Assembly (NCBI RefSeq): GCF_000015025.1 | Contig: NC_008578.1 | Location: 2,280,001-2,312,000 of the forward strand | Direction: 5' to 3' | DNA length: 32,000 nucleotides | Origin: Acidothermus cellulolyticus 11B | GTDB lineage: Bacteria; Actinomycetota; Actinomycetes; Acidothermales; Acidothermaceae | Part shown: positions 12,425 to 21,350 of the stretch, piece after piece | Numbering within the stretch: the first letter of the stretch is position 1 | How the letters are laid out: each line of letters opens with the position of its first letter | Notes under the pieces: generated by a model | The model's input: only the letters and a program-made list of their open reading frames with translations | What the model was told of the DNA's origin: nothing | The model's database searches: none | Program-made: the position numbers and the translations under genes

Positions 12425-12515
12425 CACGAAAGGACCCCCCGCACACCCGTCAGAGCCCGCGTACCCTTGCTGCCTTCCGGCCCTGGGGGGGTTGGCGAGA
12501 TGGACGCCGCGCGAG
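12425..12515 (-). ncRNA. ffs: signal recognition particle RNA (small bacterial SRP / 4.5S type); ends approximate (+/-15 nt)
   Basis: The reverse strand reads ...GCCAACCCCCCCAGGGCCGGAAGGCAGCAAGGGTACGCGGGCTCTGACGGGTGTGCGGGGGGTCC.... It has the conserved domain IV GGAA tetraloop/AGCA motif and complementary C-rich/G-rich flanks. It sits in the canonical position upstream of dnaX. Confidence 0.7.
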
Positions 12516-12584
12516 GGGTCTCCGCCAAGTCTATGCACGCCGGCACCGACGGCGGCCGGCGTCCACATCGGCTACCCTGCCTGC

Positions 12585-12671
12585 GGAGGATTCGCCTAGC
12601 GGCCGAGGGCGCACGCTTGGAAAGCGTGTAGAGGGGCAACCCTCTCGCGGGTTCAAATCCCGCATCCTCCG
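12585..12671 (+). tRNA. tRNA-Ser (anticodon GGA), long variable arm, no encoded CCA
   Basis: GGAGGATTCGCCTAGCGGCCGAGGGCGCACGCTTGGAAAGCGTGTAGAGGGGCAACCCTCTCGCGGGTTCAAATCCCGCATCCTCCG; anticodon loop TTGGAAA. Confidence 0.9.
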
Positions 12672-12936
12672 CTCGGACCCACCCGCGGTGCGGCGGTACG
12701 CCGGCCCCGGGAAGGCGGCTGGTGTCCGGCGCGGTCCGCGTCGTCCGTCCGCTCTCGGCGTATTCCCCGGGATGGCCTCGGCCTGGCGGTACGGCGGCGG
12801 ACCTGCTAGCGTGATCGAAGGTCGCAGTTCCCAGCACGTGTTCTCTCACGCCGCGGAACCATTGCGCGGTGACACCCATCGCGGCGGCCGGTCGGCCGCG
12901 AGGTGTGGTCGGCGAAGTTCCAGTAAGGAGAGCACG

Positions 12937-13134
12937 TTGCAAGGTGTAGTCAAGTGGTTCAACGCCGAGAAGGGTTTCGGCTTCATCGCGGTCGACGGCG
13001 GCTCGGACGTCTTCGTCCACTACTCGGCCATTCAGGGCGAGGGTTACCGGACCTTGGCGGAGAACCAGCGGGTCGACTTCGAGATCACGCAAGGGCAGAA
13101 GGGGCCGCAGGCCGCCAACGTTCGCCCGATCTAA
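12937..13134 (+). CDS. cspA: cold-shock protein (CspA family)
   Basis: (M)[32 protein letters not shown] with RNP1/RNP2 motifs. TTG start at 12937 lies 5 nt after AAGGAGAG. The upstream part of track ORF 12331..13134 is non-coding. Confidence 0.9.
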   Translation: MQGVVKWFNAEKGFGFIAVDGGSDVFVHYSAIQGEGYRTLAENQRVDFEITQGQKGPQAANVRPI

Positions 13135-13149
13135 CGCAGACTTCGCACC

Positions 13150-13191
13150 GACTGTGGGTTGGCCGTCGTGGCCAACCCACAGTCGTTTCTT
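13150..13191 (+). terminator. intrinsic terminator of cspA
   Basis: Perfect 15-bp stem gactgtgggttggcc / ggccaacccacagtc with loop gtcgt, followed by gtttctt. Confidence 0.75.
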
Positions 13192-13268
13192 CCGGTGAGT
13201 GCACACGGAACGGATCGCCCGGCGTTCAGCGCGGCGATCGCAACAAGGTGATCACCTGTGGCCACGTG

Positions 13269-13385
13269 CTTCGCGCCGTACGACATCATCAGTCGTCTTG
13301 ACGCGCTTCGCACGGCATCGTGCGAGGCGTCACGTTCTTCGCGCCGCATCGCGCGACGTCTTGACGAGCTTCGTATTGCGTCATC
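13269..13385. repeat. degenerate ~63-68-bp tandem duplication
   Basis: Ordered motif set cttcgcgccg ... cgtcttgacg ... gcttcg occurs at 13269/13294/13305 and again at 13337/13357/13368, between the cspA terminator and tRNA-Ser(CGA). Confidence 0.7.
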
Positions 13386-13393
13386 CGCAGTCG

Positions 13394-13483
13394 TGGCGGT
13401 GGAGGTGGGATTTGAACCCACGGAGGGCTTGCACCCTCACACGCTTTCGAGGCGTGCGCCATCGGCCACTAGGCGACTCCACC
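13394..13483 (-). tRNA. tRNA-Ser (anticodon CGA), long variable arm, CCA encoded
   Basis: Reverse complement is GGTGGAGTCGCCTAGTGGCCGATGGCGCACGCCTCGAAAGCGTGTGAGGGTGCAAGCCCTCCGTGGGTTCAAATCCCACCTCCACCGCCA; anticodon loop CTCGAAA. Confidence 0.9.
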
Positions 13484-13530
13484 GCCAGACAGCGTAGCGA
13501 AGCGAACCGGCCGTCGGCTTACCACCCTTG

Positions 13531-13965
13531 TCAGCCGCGACGCCCGGAGAAAAACGTCCGCAGCACCTGCCCGCATTCGTCGGCGAGCACGCCGGCGATC
13601 ACTTCCGGCCGGTGATTGAGCCTCCGATCGCGGACGACGTCCCAGAGCGACCCCACCGCGCCGGATTTCGGGTCAACGGCGCCATAGACGAGTCGATCAA
13701 GCCGCGCGAGGACGATGGCTCCCGCGCACATCGTGCACGGTTCCAACGTGACGACCAGCGTGCACCCGTCGAGCCGCCATCGACCGAGGCGCCAAGCCGC
13801 GGCCCGCAAAGCGACGATCTCTGCATGCGCTGTCGGATCCGCCGCCGCTTCCCGTTGATTGTGCCCGCGACCCAGTACGTCGCCGCCGGGGCCGAGGACG
13901 ATCGCGCCAACGGGAACGTCCGCCACCTTCTCGGCACGGGCGGCCTCCTGGAGGGCGAGCCGCAT
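13531..13965 (-). CDS. tadA: tRNA adenosine(34) deaminase
   Basis: HAEIVAL...(H-A-E) and LEPCTMCAGA (PCxxC) CDA zinc motifs. ATG is preceded by GAGGAG. Confidence 0.9.
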   Translation of the reverse strand: MRLALQEAARAEKVADVPVGAIVLGPGGDVLGRGHNQREAAADPTAHAEIVALRAAAWRLGRWRLDGCTLVVTLEPCTMCAGAIVLARLDRLVYGAVDPKSGAVGSLWDVVRDRRLNHRPEVIAGVLADECGQVLRTFFSGRRG

Positions 13966-14003
13966 CGGCTCCTCAAATGAAGCCGCGACGCCAGGGGCGA
14001 TGT

Positions 14004-14495
14004 TCAGCGGTAGACCTCAATCTCGTCGACGCATCCCAGCTGGTCAGCAATCTCGGTGATGACGTCAGCCGGGACCTGCCCTTCGCGGCGGCACATTGCC
14101 ACAAGTTGCTTCGCTGAGATACCGAAGTCCGCGAGAATTCCGGTGTCGCCGCCGGGTTGGGCGTCCGCCCGCATCCGAGCGCCGGCGACGGCGTCATCGG
14201 TCTCCGTCTCCGCGGTGTCAACGACGAGATCTGCGAAGAATCGCTCCGCAATATCACTCACGGCAAGCATCCGGACGTCGGAGACGAAGACCCGCGGCTC
14301 CTCTCCCCCGTCGATCCGGACCACGGCAAACCATTCGTCATCTTCTTCGACGAAGACGAAGACGGGCTCATCACCGCGGGCGGCAAGCCGCATCGCGTCC
14401 GCAAGGTCGTCGATATCCCGGAGTTCCCCGAGATCGATTTCGGCGCCGTGCCACCGGTGGCCGTCCTTGGCAACCAGCGCAGCCAGCTGCGACAC
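14004..14495 (-). CDS. tRNA adenosine deaminase-associated protein
   Basis: Acidic protein directly upstream of tadA, as in many Actinobacteria (…WHGAEIDL…DDLADAMR…FVFVEEDDEWFAVVR…). I prefer GTG 14493-14495 (GGGAGA 5 nt upstream). The maximal ORF reaches 14558. Confidence 0.7.
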   Translation of the reverse strand: MSQLAALVAKDGHRWHGAEIDLGELRDIDDLADAMRLAARGDEPVFVFVEEDDEWFAVVRIDGGEEPRVFVSDVRMLAVSDIAERFFADLVVDTAETETDDAVAGARMRADAQPGGDTGILADFGISAKQLVAMCRREGQVPADVITEIADQLGCVDEIEVYR

Positions 14496-14648
14496 CGTTG
14501 TCTCCCGTTCCACGCTCTCGGACGTCGACCCAACGCCGCAGGGGCGTCTAGGCCTCATTGTGCGCCGAACACCGTGGCTGTGTCCGGTGGACCGGCACCG
14601 GACCCGCTGGCGATACCCGCGGACGCGGGCGTCGCGCCAGGCCGACGA

Positions 14649-16025
14649 TCAGAGGTTCTTGACCGCGGCAACGATTTTCGCCAGGGACTCCTTGGCGTCC
14701 CCGAAGAAGACCGTGGTCTTTGGGTGGTAGAGCAGCGCATTGTCGATGCCCGCGAATCCCGGGCGGAGCGACCGTTTGAGGAAGACGACGTTCGCTGCTT
14801 CGTCCACGTTGAGAATCGGCATCCCGTAGAGCGGGCTGCCCGGCAGGTCGCGCGCTGCTGGATTGACGACGTCGTTTGCGCCGACAACCACCGCGACATC
14901 GGTCGAGCTGAATTCGGAGTTGGCGGCGTCCATTTCCTTCAGCTGCTCATACGGAACATTCGCCTCGGCAAGCAGCACGTTCATGTGCCCCGGCATCCGG
15001 CCCGCCACCGGATGGATCGCGTAGAACACTTGCACCCCGCGCGCTTCCAGGACGTCGGCCAGTTCCCGGGCGGTATGCTGCGCCTGCGCGACGGCCAATC
15101 CGTACCCTGGGACGATCGCAACTTTCCGCGCATAACCCAGCAGAATCGCAATGTCCTCCGCCCCTGCCGACCGGACTGCGCGATCGCCGGCCAGCTCGGC
15201 GGTGGAACCGGCGGTCGTCGGACCGGCGAACGCACCGAAGAGAATCCCCGTCAACGGGCGCCCCATCGCCTGAGCCATCAGTTGCGTCAACAGCGTTCCG
15301 GATGCGCCCACCAAGGTTCCGGCCACGATGAGCAGGGTGTTCTGCAGCACGTAACCGGAGGCTGCGACGGTCAACCCGGTGAAGGCGTTGAGCAAGGAAA
15401 TGACCACCGGCACGTCGGCTCCGCCCACGGGAAGAACGAACAGGACGCCGAGGAGCAGGGCCAGAACGGCGCACACGACGACCAGCGGCACGCTGGTCAA
15501 CGCGATGCCGGCGATACCCAGCCCGAGCGAGGCAAGGGCGACCACGGGCGTGACGACCCGCGCGGCAGGGAGCACGATCGGCCGGCCCGTCATGATGCCT
15601 TGCAATTTCGCAAAAGTCACCAGGGAACCGGTGAAACTCACGCTCCCGACGATCCCGCTGAAGACGACCGCCGCCGCGACACCGCCGGAATCAACCGCGT
15701 GCTGCTTGACGTACTCGTTGAGAGAGACCAAAGCCGCGGCGGCGCCGCCGACGCCGTTGAACATCGCGACCATCTGCGGAATTTCCGTCATTTTCACCAA
15801 CCGCGCCGCCGGCACGGCAATGAGCGTGCCCACGACAATCGCGATGATGATGGGCAGCCGGTGGCCGAGACCGTGCAGGGTCAACGTGACGACGACGGCG
15901 AGCGCCGCCCCGAACGCACCAATAAGGTTGCCGTACCGTGCGTATTTGGGCGACGACAAACCCTTGAGCGCCAGGATGAAACAGAGCGCCGTCACGAAAT
16001 AGGCGAAGAGAACCCCGTTGCTCAC
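14649..16025 (-). CDS. pntB: NAD(P) transhydrogenase subunit beta
   Basis: 458 aa: multi-TM N-terminus plus C-terminal dIII NADP(H) domain (…YGLAVAQAQH…HPVAGRMPGHMNVLLAEA…). GTG start overlaps the upstream stop (GTGA). Confidence 0.95.
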   Translation of the reverse strand: MSNGVLFAYFVTALCFILALKGLSSPKYARYGNLIGAFGAALAVVVTLTLHGLGHRLPIIIAIVVGTLIAVPAARLVKMTEIPQMVAMFNGVGGAAAALVSLNEYVKQHAVDSGGVAAAVVFSGIVGSVSFTGSLVTFAKLQGIMTGRPIVLPAARVVTPVVALASLGLGIAGIALTSVPLVVVCAVLALLLGVLFVLPVGGADVPVVISLLNAFTGLTVAASGYVLQNTLLIVAGTLVGASGTLLTQLMAQAMGRPLTGILFGAFAGPTTAGSTAELAGDRAVRSAGAEDIAILLGYARKVAIVPGYGLAVAQAQHTARELADVLEARGVQVFYAIHPVAGRMPGHMNVLLAEANVPYEQLKEMDAANSEFSSTDVAVVVGANDVVNPAARDLPGSPLYGMPILNVDEAANVVFLKRSLRPGFAGIDNALLYHPKTTVFFGDAKESLAKIVAAVKNL

Positions 16026-16345
16026 CGGGCGCCCTCCTTCATTCCCGCCTGCCCAGCGTCGCGCCCTGGTCGGCGTCCCTTGAACATTTCGAGCATCCGA
16101 TCGGTGACGACGAAGCCGCCGACCATGTTCGCGGTCGCGAGAACGACGGCCGCCAGACCGAGTCCGAGTTCGACGCCGGTGGAGGCGACACCCGTGATGA
16201 GAATTGCGCCGACCAGAATGATGCCGTGAATCGCGTTCGCGCCGGACATCAACGGCGTGTGCAGAATCGTGGAAACCTTGGAAATGACCTCGAAGCCCAC
16301 GAAAACGGCGAGCATGAAAACGGTCAGCAGCTCGATATTGTTCAC
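16022..16345 (-). CDS. pntA: NAD(P) transhydrogenase subunit alpha part 2 (membrane)
   Basis: (M)NNIELLTVFMLAVFVGFEVISKVSTILHTPLMSGANAIHGIILVGA. GTG at 16343-16345 overlaps the pntAA stop (GTGA). The longer track ORF to 16516 is an antisense-like extension. Confidence 0.9.
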   Translation of the reverse strand: MNNIELLTVFMLAVFVGFEVISKVSTILHTPLMSGANAIHGIILVGAILITGVASTGVELGLGLAAVVLATANMVGGFVVTDRMLEMFKGRRPGRDAGQAGMKEGAR

Positions 16346-17436
16346 GTCCGCACCTGCCCTTCGTGGACGACGAGCGACGCTGCGACGATCTCGTCGGAGA
16401 GATCCAGGACGACCTCCCCGTCCCGCGTCAGCATGACGAGCAAATTCGCGAGATTCCGCGCGTAGAGCCGACTGGCGTCGTACGGCATGCCGCTCGGCAC
16501 GTTCCGGCCGCCCCAAATGAGCACGCCGTTATGCAGAACCTCTTCACCCGGCTTGGAGAGTTCGACGTTCCCACCGGATTCCGCCGCGATGTCCACAATG
16601 ACCGTGCCGGGCCGCATCGCCTCGACCATGCGCCGGTCGACGAGCAGAGGCGCCCGCCGGCCGGGAACCGCCGCGGTCGTGATGACCGCGTCCGACGCGG
16701 CCAGATGAGGGGTGAGCAGTTCCCGCTGTTTGGCGGCCCGCTCCTCGGTCATCTCCCGGGCGTAACCGCCGGCGCCCTCGAGCGTTTCCAAGCCGAGATC
16801 GATGAATGTCGCCCCGAGACTGCGCACCTCCTCGGCCGCCGCGGCCCGGACGTCGTACGCCGAGACCACTGCGCCGAGGCGACGCGCCGTGGCGATCGCT
16901 TGCAGCCCGGCGACCCCGGCGCCGAGAACCAGGACCTTTGCCGGCGGAACCGTCCCGGCGGCGGTCATGAGCAAGGGGAAGAACCGCGGCAATTTCTCGG
17001 CTGCGATGAGGGCCGCCCGGTAGCCGGCGACCAGCGCCTGCGAGGAGAGCGCATCCATGCTCTGCGCCCGGGAGATACGCGGCAGGCGGTCCAAGGAGAT
17101 CGCGCTTGCCTTGCGCTCGGCGAGGATGTGAAGCAACTCTGCGTACGCCGCCGGTTGCAGGAAGCTCAGCACAAGACAGCCCGCCCGCAATCGCCGGGCA
17201 TCTTCTGTTGGCAGCGGTTGCACGGCAAGGACGACGTCTGCGTCCGACAATGCCTCCCGCTGCACGATCTGTGCGCCCGCGTCGCGGTACACCTCGTCGG
17301 GATACCCGGCGGCCTCGCCGGCCCCCTGTTCGACGGCAACGGTGTGTCCGGCGGATCGAAGTCGAGTCACCGTGTCGGGTACGACGGCGACCCGACGCTC
17401 GTAGGGGGCAGTCTCCCTGACGGCGACGATGTTCAT
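16342..17436 (-). CDS. pntA: Re/Si-specific NAD(P)(+) transhydrogenase subunit alpha part 1
   Basis: Alanine dehydrogenase/PNT fold, with GAGVAGLQAIATARRLGA Rossmann motif. ATG 17434-17436 (MNIVAVRE) overlaps the upstream stop (ATGA). Confidence 0.95.
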   Translation of the reverse strand: MNIVAVRETAPYERRVAVVPDTVTRLRSAGHTVAVEQGAGEAAGYPDEVYRDAGAQIVQREALSDADVVLAVQPLPTEDARRLRAGCLVLSFLQPAAYAELLHILAERKASAISLDRLPRISRAQSMDALSSQALVAGYRAALIAAEKLPRFFPLLMTAAGTVPPAKVLVLGAGVAGLQAIATARRLGAVVSAYDVRAAAAEEVRSLGATFIDLGLETLEGAGGYAREMTEERAAKQRELLTPHLAASDAVITTAAVPGRRAPLLVDRRMVEAMRPGTVIVDIAAESGGNVELSKPGEEVLHNGVLIWGGRNVPSGMPYDASRLYARNLANLLVMLTRDGEVVLDLSDEIVAASLVVHEGQVRT

Positions 17437-18212
17437 GGCACGCAACTTACGGCACGACAGCGGCGCGCCATCGCCGACCCCTGCTCAGCGGCACGGGCGT
17501 TCGCCGGAACCACCGCGTCGAGGGTGACGTTCCGGCCTGCGGCGTCGAGGGAAACGCCGGCGGGATTCACGGTGACATTGGTGAGGCTCACTCCTGCCGG
17601 CATGCCGGGAATCTGCACCCGGTAGGTCAACTCCCGGCGCAGTTGAGCTTCGATGACGGCGCTGACCGCCGCGTCTTCCGTGCCGGTGATCTGCACCGGC
17701 GTGACGGCAAGCACCGTCCCGTCAATGCTCAGCCGAGCGACAACGCCGACCTCGATGGCCGCCACCGAGAGCCGGAATTCGAGTTCGTCAGGCGCGGGAC
17801 CAGGAGCGATCGCAAGGTTCCGCACATGCGCCGCCGCGCTGATCCGGTCGAAGGGTATGACCGCCGTCCCGGCGATCCGGTCCACGGGGACGTGCCGGAA
17901 GTCGCGCTGGAGGAGACGGGACAGCGGCACGTGGACGCCGGCGAAATCCAGCTGCAGGGACGACGTGTCCGGTATGGGCTTCCCGGCCGCATCCGCGAAG
18001 AGATCCGTCGCCCGGACAGTGATATCGGTGTAGCGGCCGCGCAGAACCTGCGTGAGAAACGGAAAACCGACGCTGACCGTCGGCCGACGCGGCAGCCGGG
18101 CGGCGTGCTGCACGACACTGGCCAGCTCGCTCTCCGCCTCATGTGCGGCAATCCGGTCGGCGGCGAAGAGCAACCCGAGCAGAAGGACGACGACGCCGAG
18201 CAGCTTCGTCAC
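17433..18212 (-). CDS. LmeA-family / DUF2993 phospholipid-binding membrane-anchored protein
   Basis: N-terminal TM (LLGVVVLLLGLLFAA), then the GFPFLTQVLRGRYTDITV motif typical of DUF2993. GTG start overlaps the moaD-like stop (GTGA). Confidence 0.75.
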   Translation of the reverse strand: MTKLLGVVVLLLGLLFAADRIAAHEAESELASVVQHAARLPRRPTVSVGFPFLTQVLRGRYTDITVRATDLFADAAGKPIPDTSSLQLDFAGVHVPLSRLLQRDFRHVPVDRIAGTAVIPFDRISAAAHVRNLAIAPGPAPDELEFRLSVAAIEVGVVARLSIDGTVLAVTPVQITGTEDAAVSAVIEAQLRRELTYRVQIPGMPAGVSLTNVTVNPAGVSLDAAGRNVTLDAVVPANARAAEQGSAMARRCRAVSCVP

Positions 18213-18487
18213 CGGGCACCCCCGGCGAAGGGAGGCAGCACGTCGACGACGCTGCCGCGATGAAGCAGGACCTGTGTCGGGTCGCGCCGCCCGGCAGGTA
18301 CGCCGTCCACCAGGAACGCCGACCGCGAGACGACCTCCGCCAATTGCGGGCTGCGCGCCCGGAGCACGTGAAGCACGTCGGCGAGGGTTCCGGCGGCCAC
18401 TTCCTCGCTGCTGACCCCGGCCGCCTCCCGCGCCGCGGCCCAGTACCGGACCGTGCAGCGCGGCTGTTCGCGTTCACCGGTGGTCAC
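18209..18487 (-). CDS. MoaD/ThiS-family ubiquitin-like sulfur-carrier protein
   Basis: 92 aa: …[11 protein letters not shown]…FLVDGVPA…[13 protein letters not shown]. The beta-grasp length and PPFAGG motif fit MoaD/ThiS. Two residues (AR) follow the GG. Confidence 0.7.
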   Translation of the reverse strand: MTTGEREQPRCTVRYWAAAREAAGVSSEEVAAGTLADVLHVLRARSPQLAEVVSRSAFLVDGVPAGRRDPTQVLLHRGSVVDVLPPFAGGAR

Positions 18488-18560
18488 GCGTCAGAAATCC
18501 TGCCGAAACGTGGACGCCGTATCCTGGCTTGTGATCCAGAACACCGAGACGACGAGAGCC

Positions 18561-19346
18561 GTGGCCACACTTCTCCTCCTCACGAACGCCGTCCAACCGT
18601 CGGCGGAGGTGTTGCCTGCGCTCGGTCTCCTCTTGCACCGGGTCCGCGTCCTCCCCGCCGAGCTCTCCGCCCTGCTGGACGTCCCGGCCGCCGATGCGAT
18701 TCTCGTCGACGGCCGCCGGGATCTTGCACATGCCCGGTCGCTATGCCAGACGCTGCGGACAACCGGCCTGGCCATCCCGCTCTTCGTGGTTGTCACCGAA
18801 GGCGGGTTGGCAGCGGTCACCGCCGAATGGGGCTTCGACGACGTTCTCCTTGACACGGTAGGCCCGGCGGAGCTGGAGGCACGGCTGCGGCTGGCGACCG
18901 GGCGAATGGCCGCGGCGCAGCGGCGCAGCGGGAGCGACGAGGTAATCCGCTCCGGTGACCTGGTCATCGACGAGGCGACGTATTCGGCGCGGTTGCGCGG
19001 CCGCACCCTCGACTTGACGTTCAAGGAATTCGAACTCCTCAAGTACCTCGCGCAGCATCCCGGCCGGGTTTTCACCCGTGCGCAACTGCTCCAGGAGGTG
19101 TGGGGCTACGACTATTACGGGGGCACCCGAACCGTCGATGTGCACGTACGCCGGCTGCGCGCAAAACTCGGCACCGAATACGAATCGCTGATCGGCACGG
19201 TGCGCAACGTCGGGTACAAGTTCGTCCTTCCCTCGGCCGACCGCGCGGCAGCCCATCGCGGGGCTCCAGGAGATGATCAAGAGTCCGACCGTCCGACCGG
19301 GGTTTCCGACCGCGCGACCGGGGTTGAAGACGCCGCACTACCGTAG
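18561..19346 (+). CDS. glnR: OmpR-family orphan response regulator GlnR (global nitrogen regulator)
   Basis: (M)[33 protein letters not shown]…ILVDGRRDL…[23 protein letters not shown]…ARLRLA closely matches the Streptomyces GlnR N-terminus as I remember it. The C-terminal winged helix has [53 protein letters not shown]. Start choice (GTG 18561 vs GTG 18531) is uncertain. Confidence 0.85.
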   Translation: MATLLLLTNAVQPSAEVLPALGLLLHRVRVLPAELSALLDVPAADAILVDGRRDLAHARSLCQTLRTTGLAIPLFVVVTEGGLAAVTAEWGFDDVLLDTVGPAELEARLRLATGRMAAAQRRSGSDEVIRSGDLVIDEATYSARLRGRTLDLTFKEFELLKYLAQHPGRVFTRAQLLQEVWGYDYYGGTRTVDVHVRRLRAKLGTEYESLIGTVRNVGYKFVLPSADRAAAHRGAPGDDQESDRPTGVSDRATGVEDAALP

Positions 19347-19350
19347 GCAC

Positions 19351-20334
19351 GTGACGGTATTGCCCGCTTCGATTCGGATCGAACCGCACGGACGACTCGC
19401 ACCTGCGCTCCTCCCGAGGGTCTTTGCTCTCGTTGACGACGCGACGGACACCGACGGCGTCCAACCGCTCTCCGAGCACGTCGTCCTGCACCTGCGGTAC
19501 GGGGGCGACGAGCGCGGCTGCAACCTCTTGCTCTGGGTGGACGACGACGAGCCGCGCCTGGCGGGTTATGCGCATCTCGACGCAACCGATCCGGTCGAGG
19601 CGCCAAGTGCGGAGCTGGTCATCGCGCCGGATTTTCGCGGCCGTGGGCTCGGCACGATGCTGGTCGAGGCGATCCTCGCCAGGACCGGCGGCCGGTTGCG
19701 GCTCTGGGCGCACGGCGAACTCCCTGCGGCGCAGGCAATGGCCCGCCGGCTGGGCTTCGCGCGCCGACGCGTTCTGCTGCAAATGCGCCGGGATCTGTTC
19801 GCCCCGCTGCCGCCGGTCACCCTGCCCGATGACGTCCAGATCCGTACGTTTCGACCTGGCGCGGATGACGACGCGTGGATCGCGCTGAACGCCCGGGCGT
19901 TCGCTGACCATCCGGAGCAAGGTTCGTGGACGCTGGAGGACCTCCACCGGCGGATGCAGGAAAGCTGGTTCGATCCGGACGGCTTCTTCTTGGCCGAACG
20001 TGACGGTGAATTGGTGGGATTTCACTGGACGAAGGTGCACGGCTCGCCGGCGGGCCAAGCCTCCAACGGCAGTTCAGGCCACGGTCACGAGCCGCTGGGC
20101 GAGGTGTACATCCTCGGGGTGGATCCGAAGGCTCAGGGACTGGGACTCGGCCGCGCCCTCACCATCGTCGGGCTCCGCTACCTGCGGTCGCGCCGCCTTC
20201 CGCACGTCATGCTGTACGTCGATGCCACCAATGCACCGGCGATCCGGCTCTACGAGTCCCTCGGATTTCGGCACTGGGGCACCGATGTCCTCTTCGAGCG
20301 CGGCGGCACTGCGAACGGCGAAGGAACGAGCTGA
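19351..20334 (+). CDS. mshD: mycothiol synthase (tandem GNAT)
   Basis: Two acetyltransferase folds: ELVIAPDFRGRGLGTML and YILGVDPKAQGLGLGRALT…MLYVDATNAPAIRLYESLGF. GTG 19351 lies 5 nt after the glnR stop. Confidence 0.85.
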   Translation: MTVLPASIRIEPHGRLAPALLPRVFALVDDATDTDGVQPLSEHVVLHLRYGGDERGCNLLLWVDDDEPRLAGYAHLDATDPVEAPSAELVIAPDFRGRGLGTMLVEAILARTGGRLRLWAHGELPAAQAMARRLGFARRRVLLQMRRDLFAPLPPVTLPDDVQIRTFRPGADDDAWIALNARAFADHPEQGSWTLEDLHRRMQESWFDPDGFFLAERDGELVGFHWTKVHGSPAGQASNGSSGHGHEPLGEVYILGVDPKAQGLGLGRALTIVGLRYLRSRRLPHVMLYVDATNAPAIRLYESLGFRHWGTDVLFERGGTANGEGTS

Positions 20335-20346
20335 CCGCCCGGCGGC

Positions 20347-21348
20347 TCAGCCGGCGATCGGCATCACCGCGAGATGAACCAGCGCGGCGGTCACCGCGGC
20401 ACCGGGAATGGTGAAAATCCACGCCAACACAATGTTGGCCGCGACACCCCAACGGACGGCCGATATCCGCCGCGTCGCACCCGCCCCCATAACTGCGGAG
20501 GTGATGACGTGCGTCGTCGAGACCGGCGCGCCGAAATGTGCCGCCGTAAGAAGGACAGCAGATGAGGTCGCTTCAGCGGCGAAACCCCGGGGCGGGTCGA
20601 GCTGGATGATCCGGCGCCCGAGCGTTCGGATGATGCGCCACCCCCCGGCGTACGTGCCGGCCGCCATCGCGGCTGCGGCTGAGAAGATGACCCACGCCGG
20701 TACGCGGAAACTGTGAATGTAGCCTCCGGTCACCAGCGCCAGCGTGATGACACCCATAGTCTTCTGCGCATCCTGGGTGCCGTGTGAATAGGACATGGCC
20801 GCCGCGGACAACGTCTGCAAATACCGGAAGCCCTTGTTCATCGGACCGGGCTTGGCGCGTTGAAAAACCCACAGAATGACGAGCATCAGAACAAATGCCG
20901 CCGCCACGCCGACCAATGGTGAAATCACCATCGGAATCACGACTTTGTCGATGACCCCTGACCAGTGGACGGCGTTGAACCCCGCCTTCGTGACGACGGC
21001 GGCACCTACCAGCCCGCCGATGAGCGCGTGTGACGAGGACGACGGCAGGCCGAAGTACCAGGTGAGGAGATTCCACGCGATGGCACCGATGACCGCTGCG
21101 AACACGAGCGCAAGACCGCGGCTGCCCTGGGGAGCAGCGACGATGCCCTTACCGACGGTACCCGCGACCCGGGTTGACACCGCAGCTCCGATCAAATTCA
21201 GGATCGCCGACATGCCAAGGGCGACTCGCGGCGTCAGCGCCCGGGTGGAGATTGACGTCGCGATCGCGTTGGCGGCGTCATGAAAGCCGTTGGTGAAATC
21301 AAATGCCAAGGCGACCACGACGATGAGGATGATTGCGGCCGTGGTCAT
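20347..21348 (-). CDS. pit: inorganic phosphate transporter, PiT family
   Basis: MTTAAIILIVVVALAFDFTNGFHDAANAIATS and …SYSHGTQDAQKTMGVI are the PHO4/PiT signature pair. Confidence 0.9.
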   Translation of the reverse strand: MTTAAIILIVVVALAFDFTNGFHDAANAIATSISTRALTPRVALGMSAILNLIGAAVSTRVAGTVGKGIVAAPQGSRGLALVFAAVIGAIAWNLLTWYFGLPSSSSHALIGGLVGAAVVTKAGFNAVHWSGVIDKVVIPMVISPLVGVAAAFVLMLVILWVFQRAKPGPMNKGFRYLQTLSAAAMSYSHGTQDAQKTMGVITLALVTGGYIHSFRVPAWVIFSAAAAMAAGTYAGGWRIIRTLGRRIIQLDPPRGFAAEATSSAVLLTAAHFGAPVSTTHVITSAVMGAGATRRISAVRWGVAANIVLAWIFTIPGAAVTAALVHLAVMPIAG

Positions 21349-21350
21349 CG

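Noticed and set aside
14157-16229. 690-aa plus-strand ORF, the longest in the track
   Set aside because: It lies entirely antisense to pntB and pntAB, which have unmistakable transhydrogenase sequences. The translation is Arg/Gly/Asp/His-rich low complexity. The same reasoning applies to 16363-17625 (antisense pntAA), 10017-11165 and 10066-11157 (antisense recR/dnaX), 6987-8006 (antisense ask), 19072-20058 (antisense mshD) and 1731-2843.
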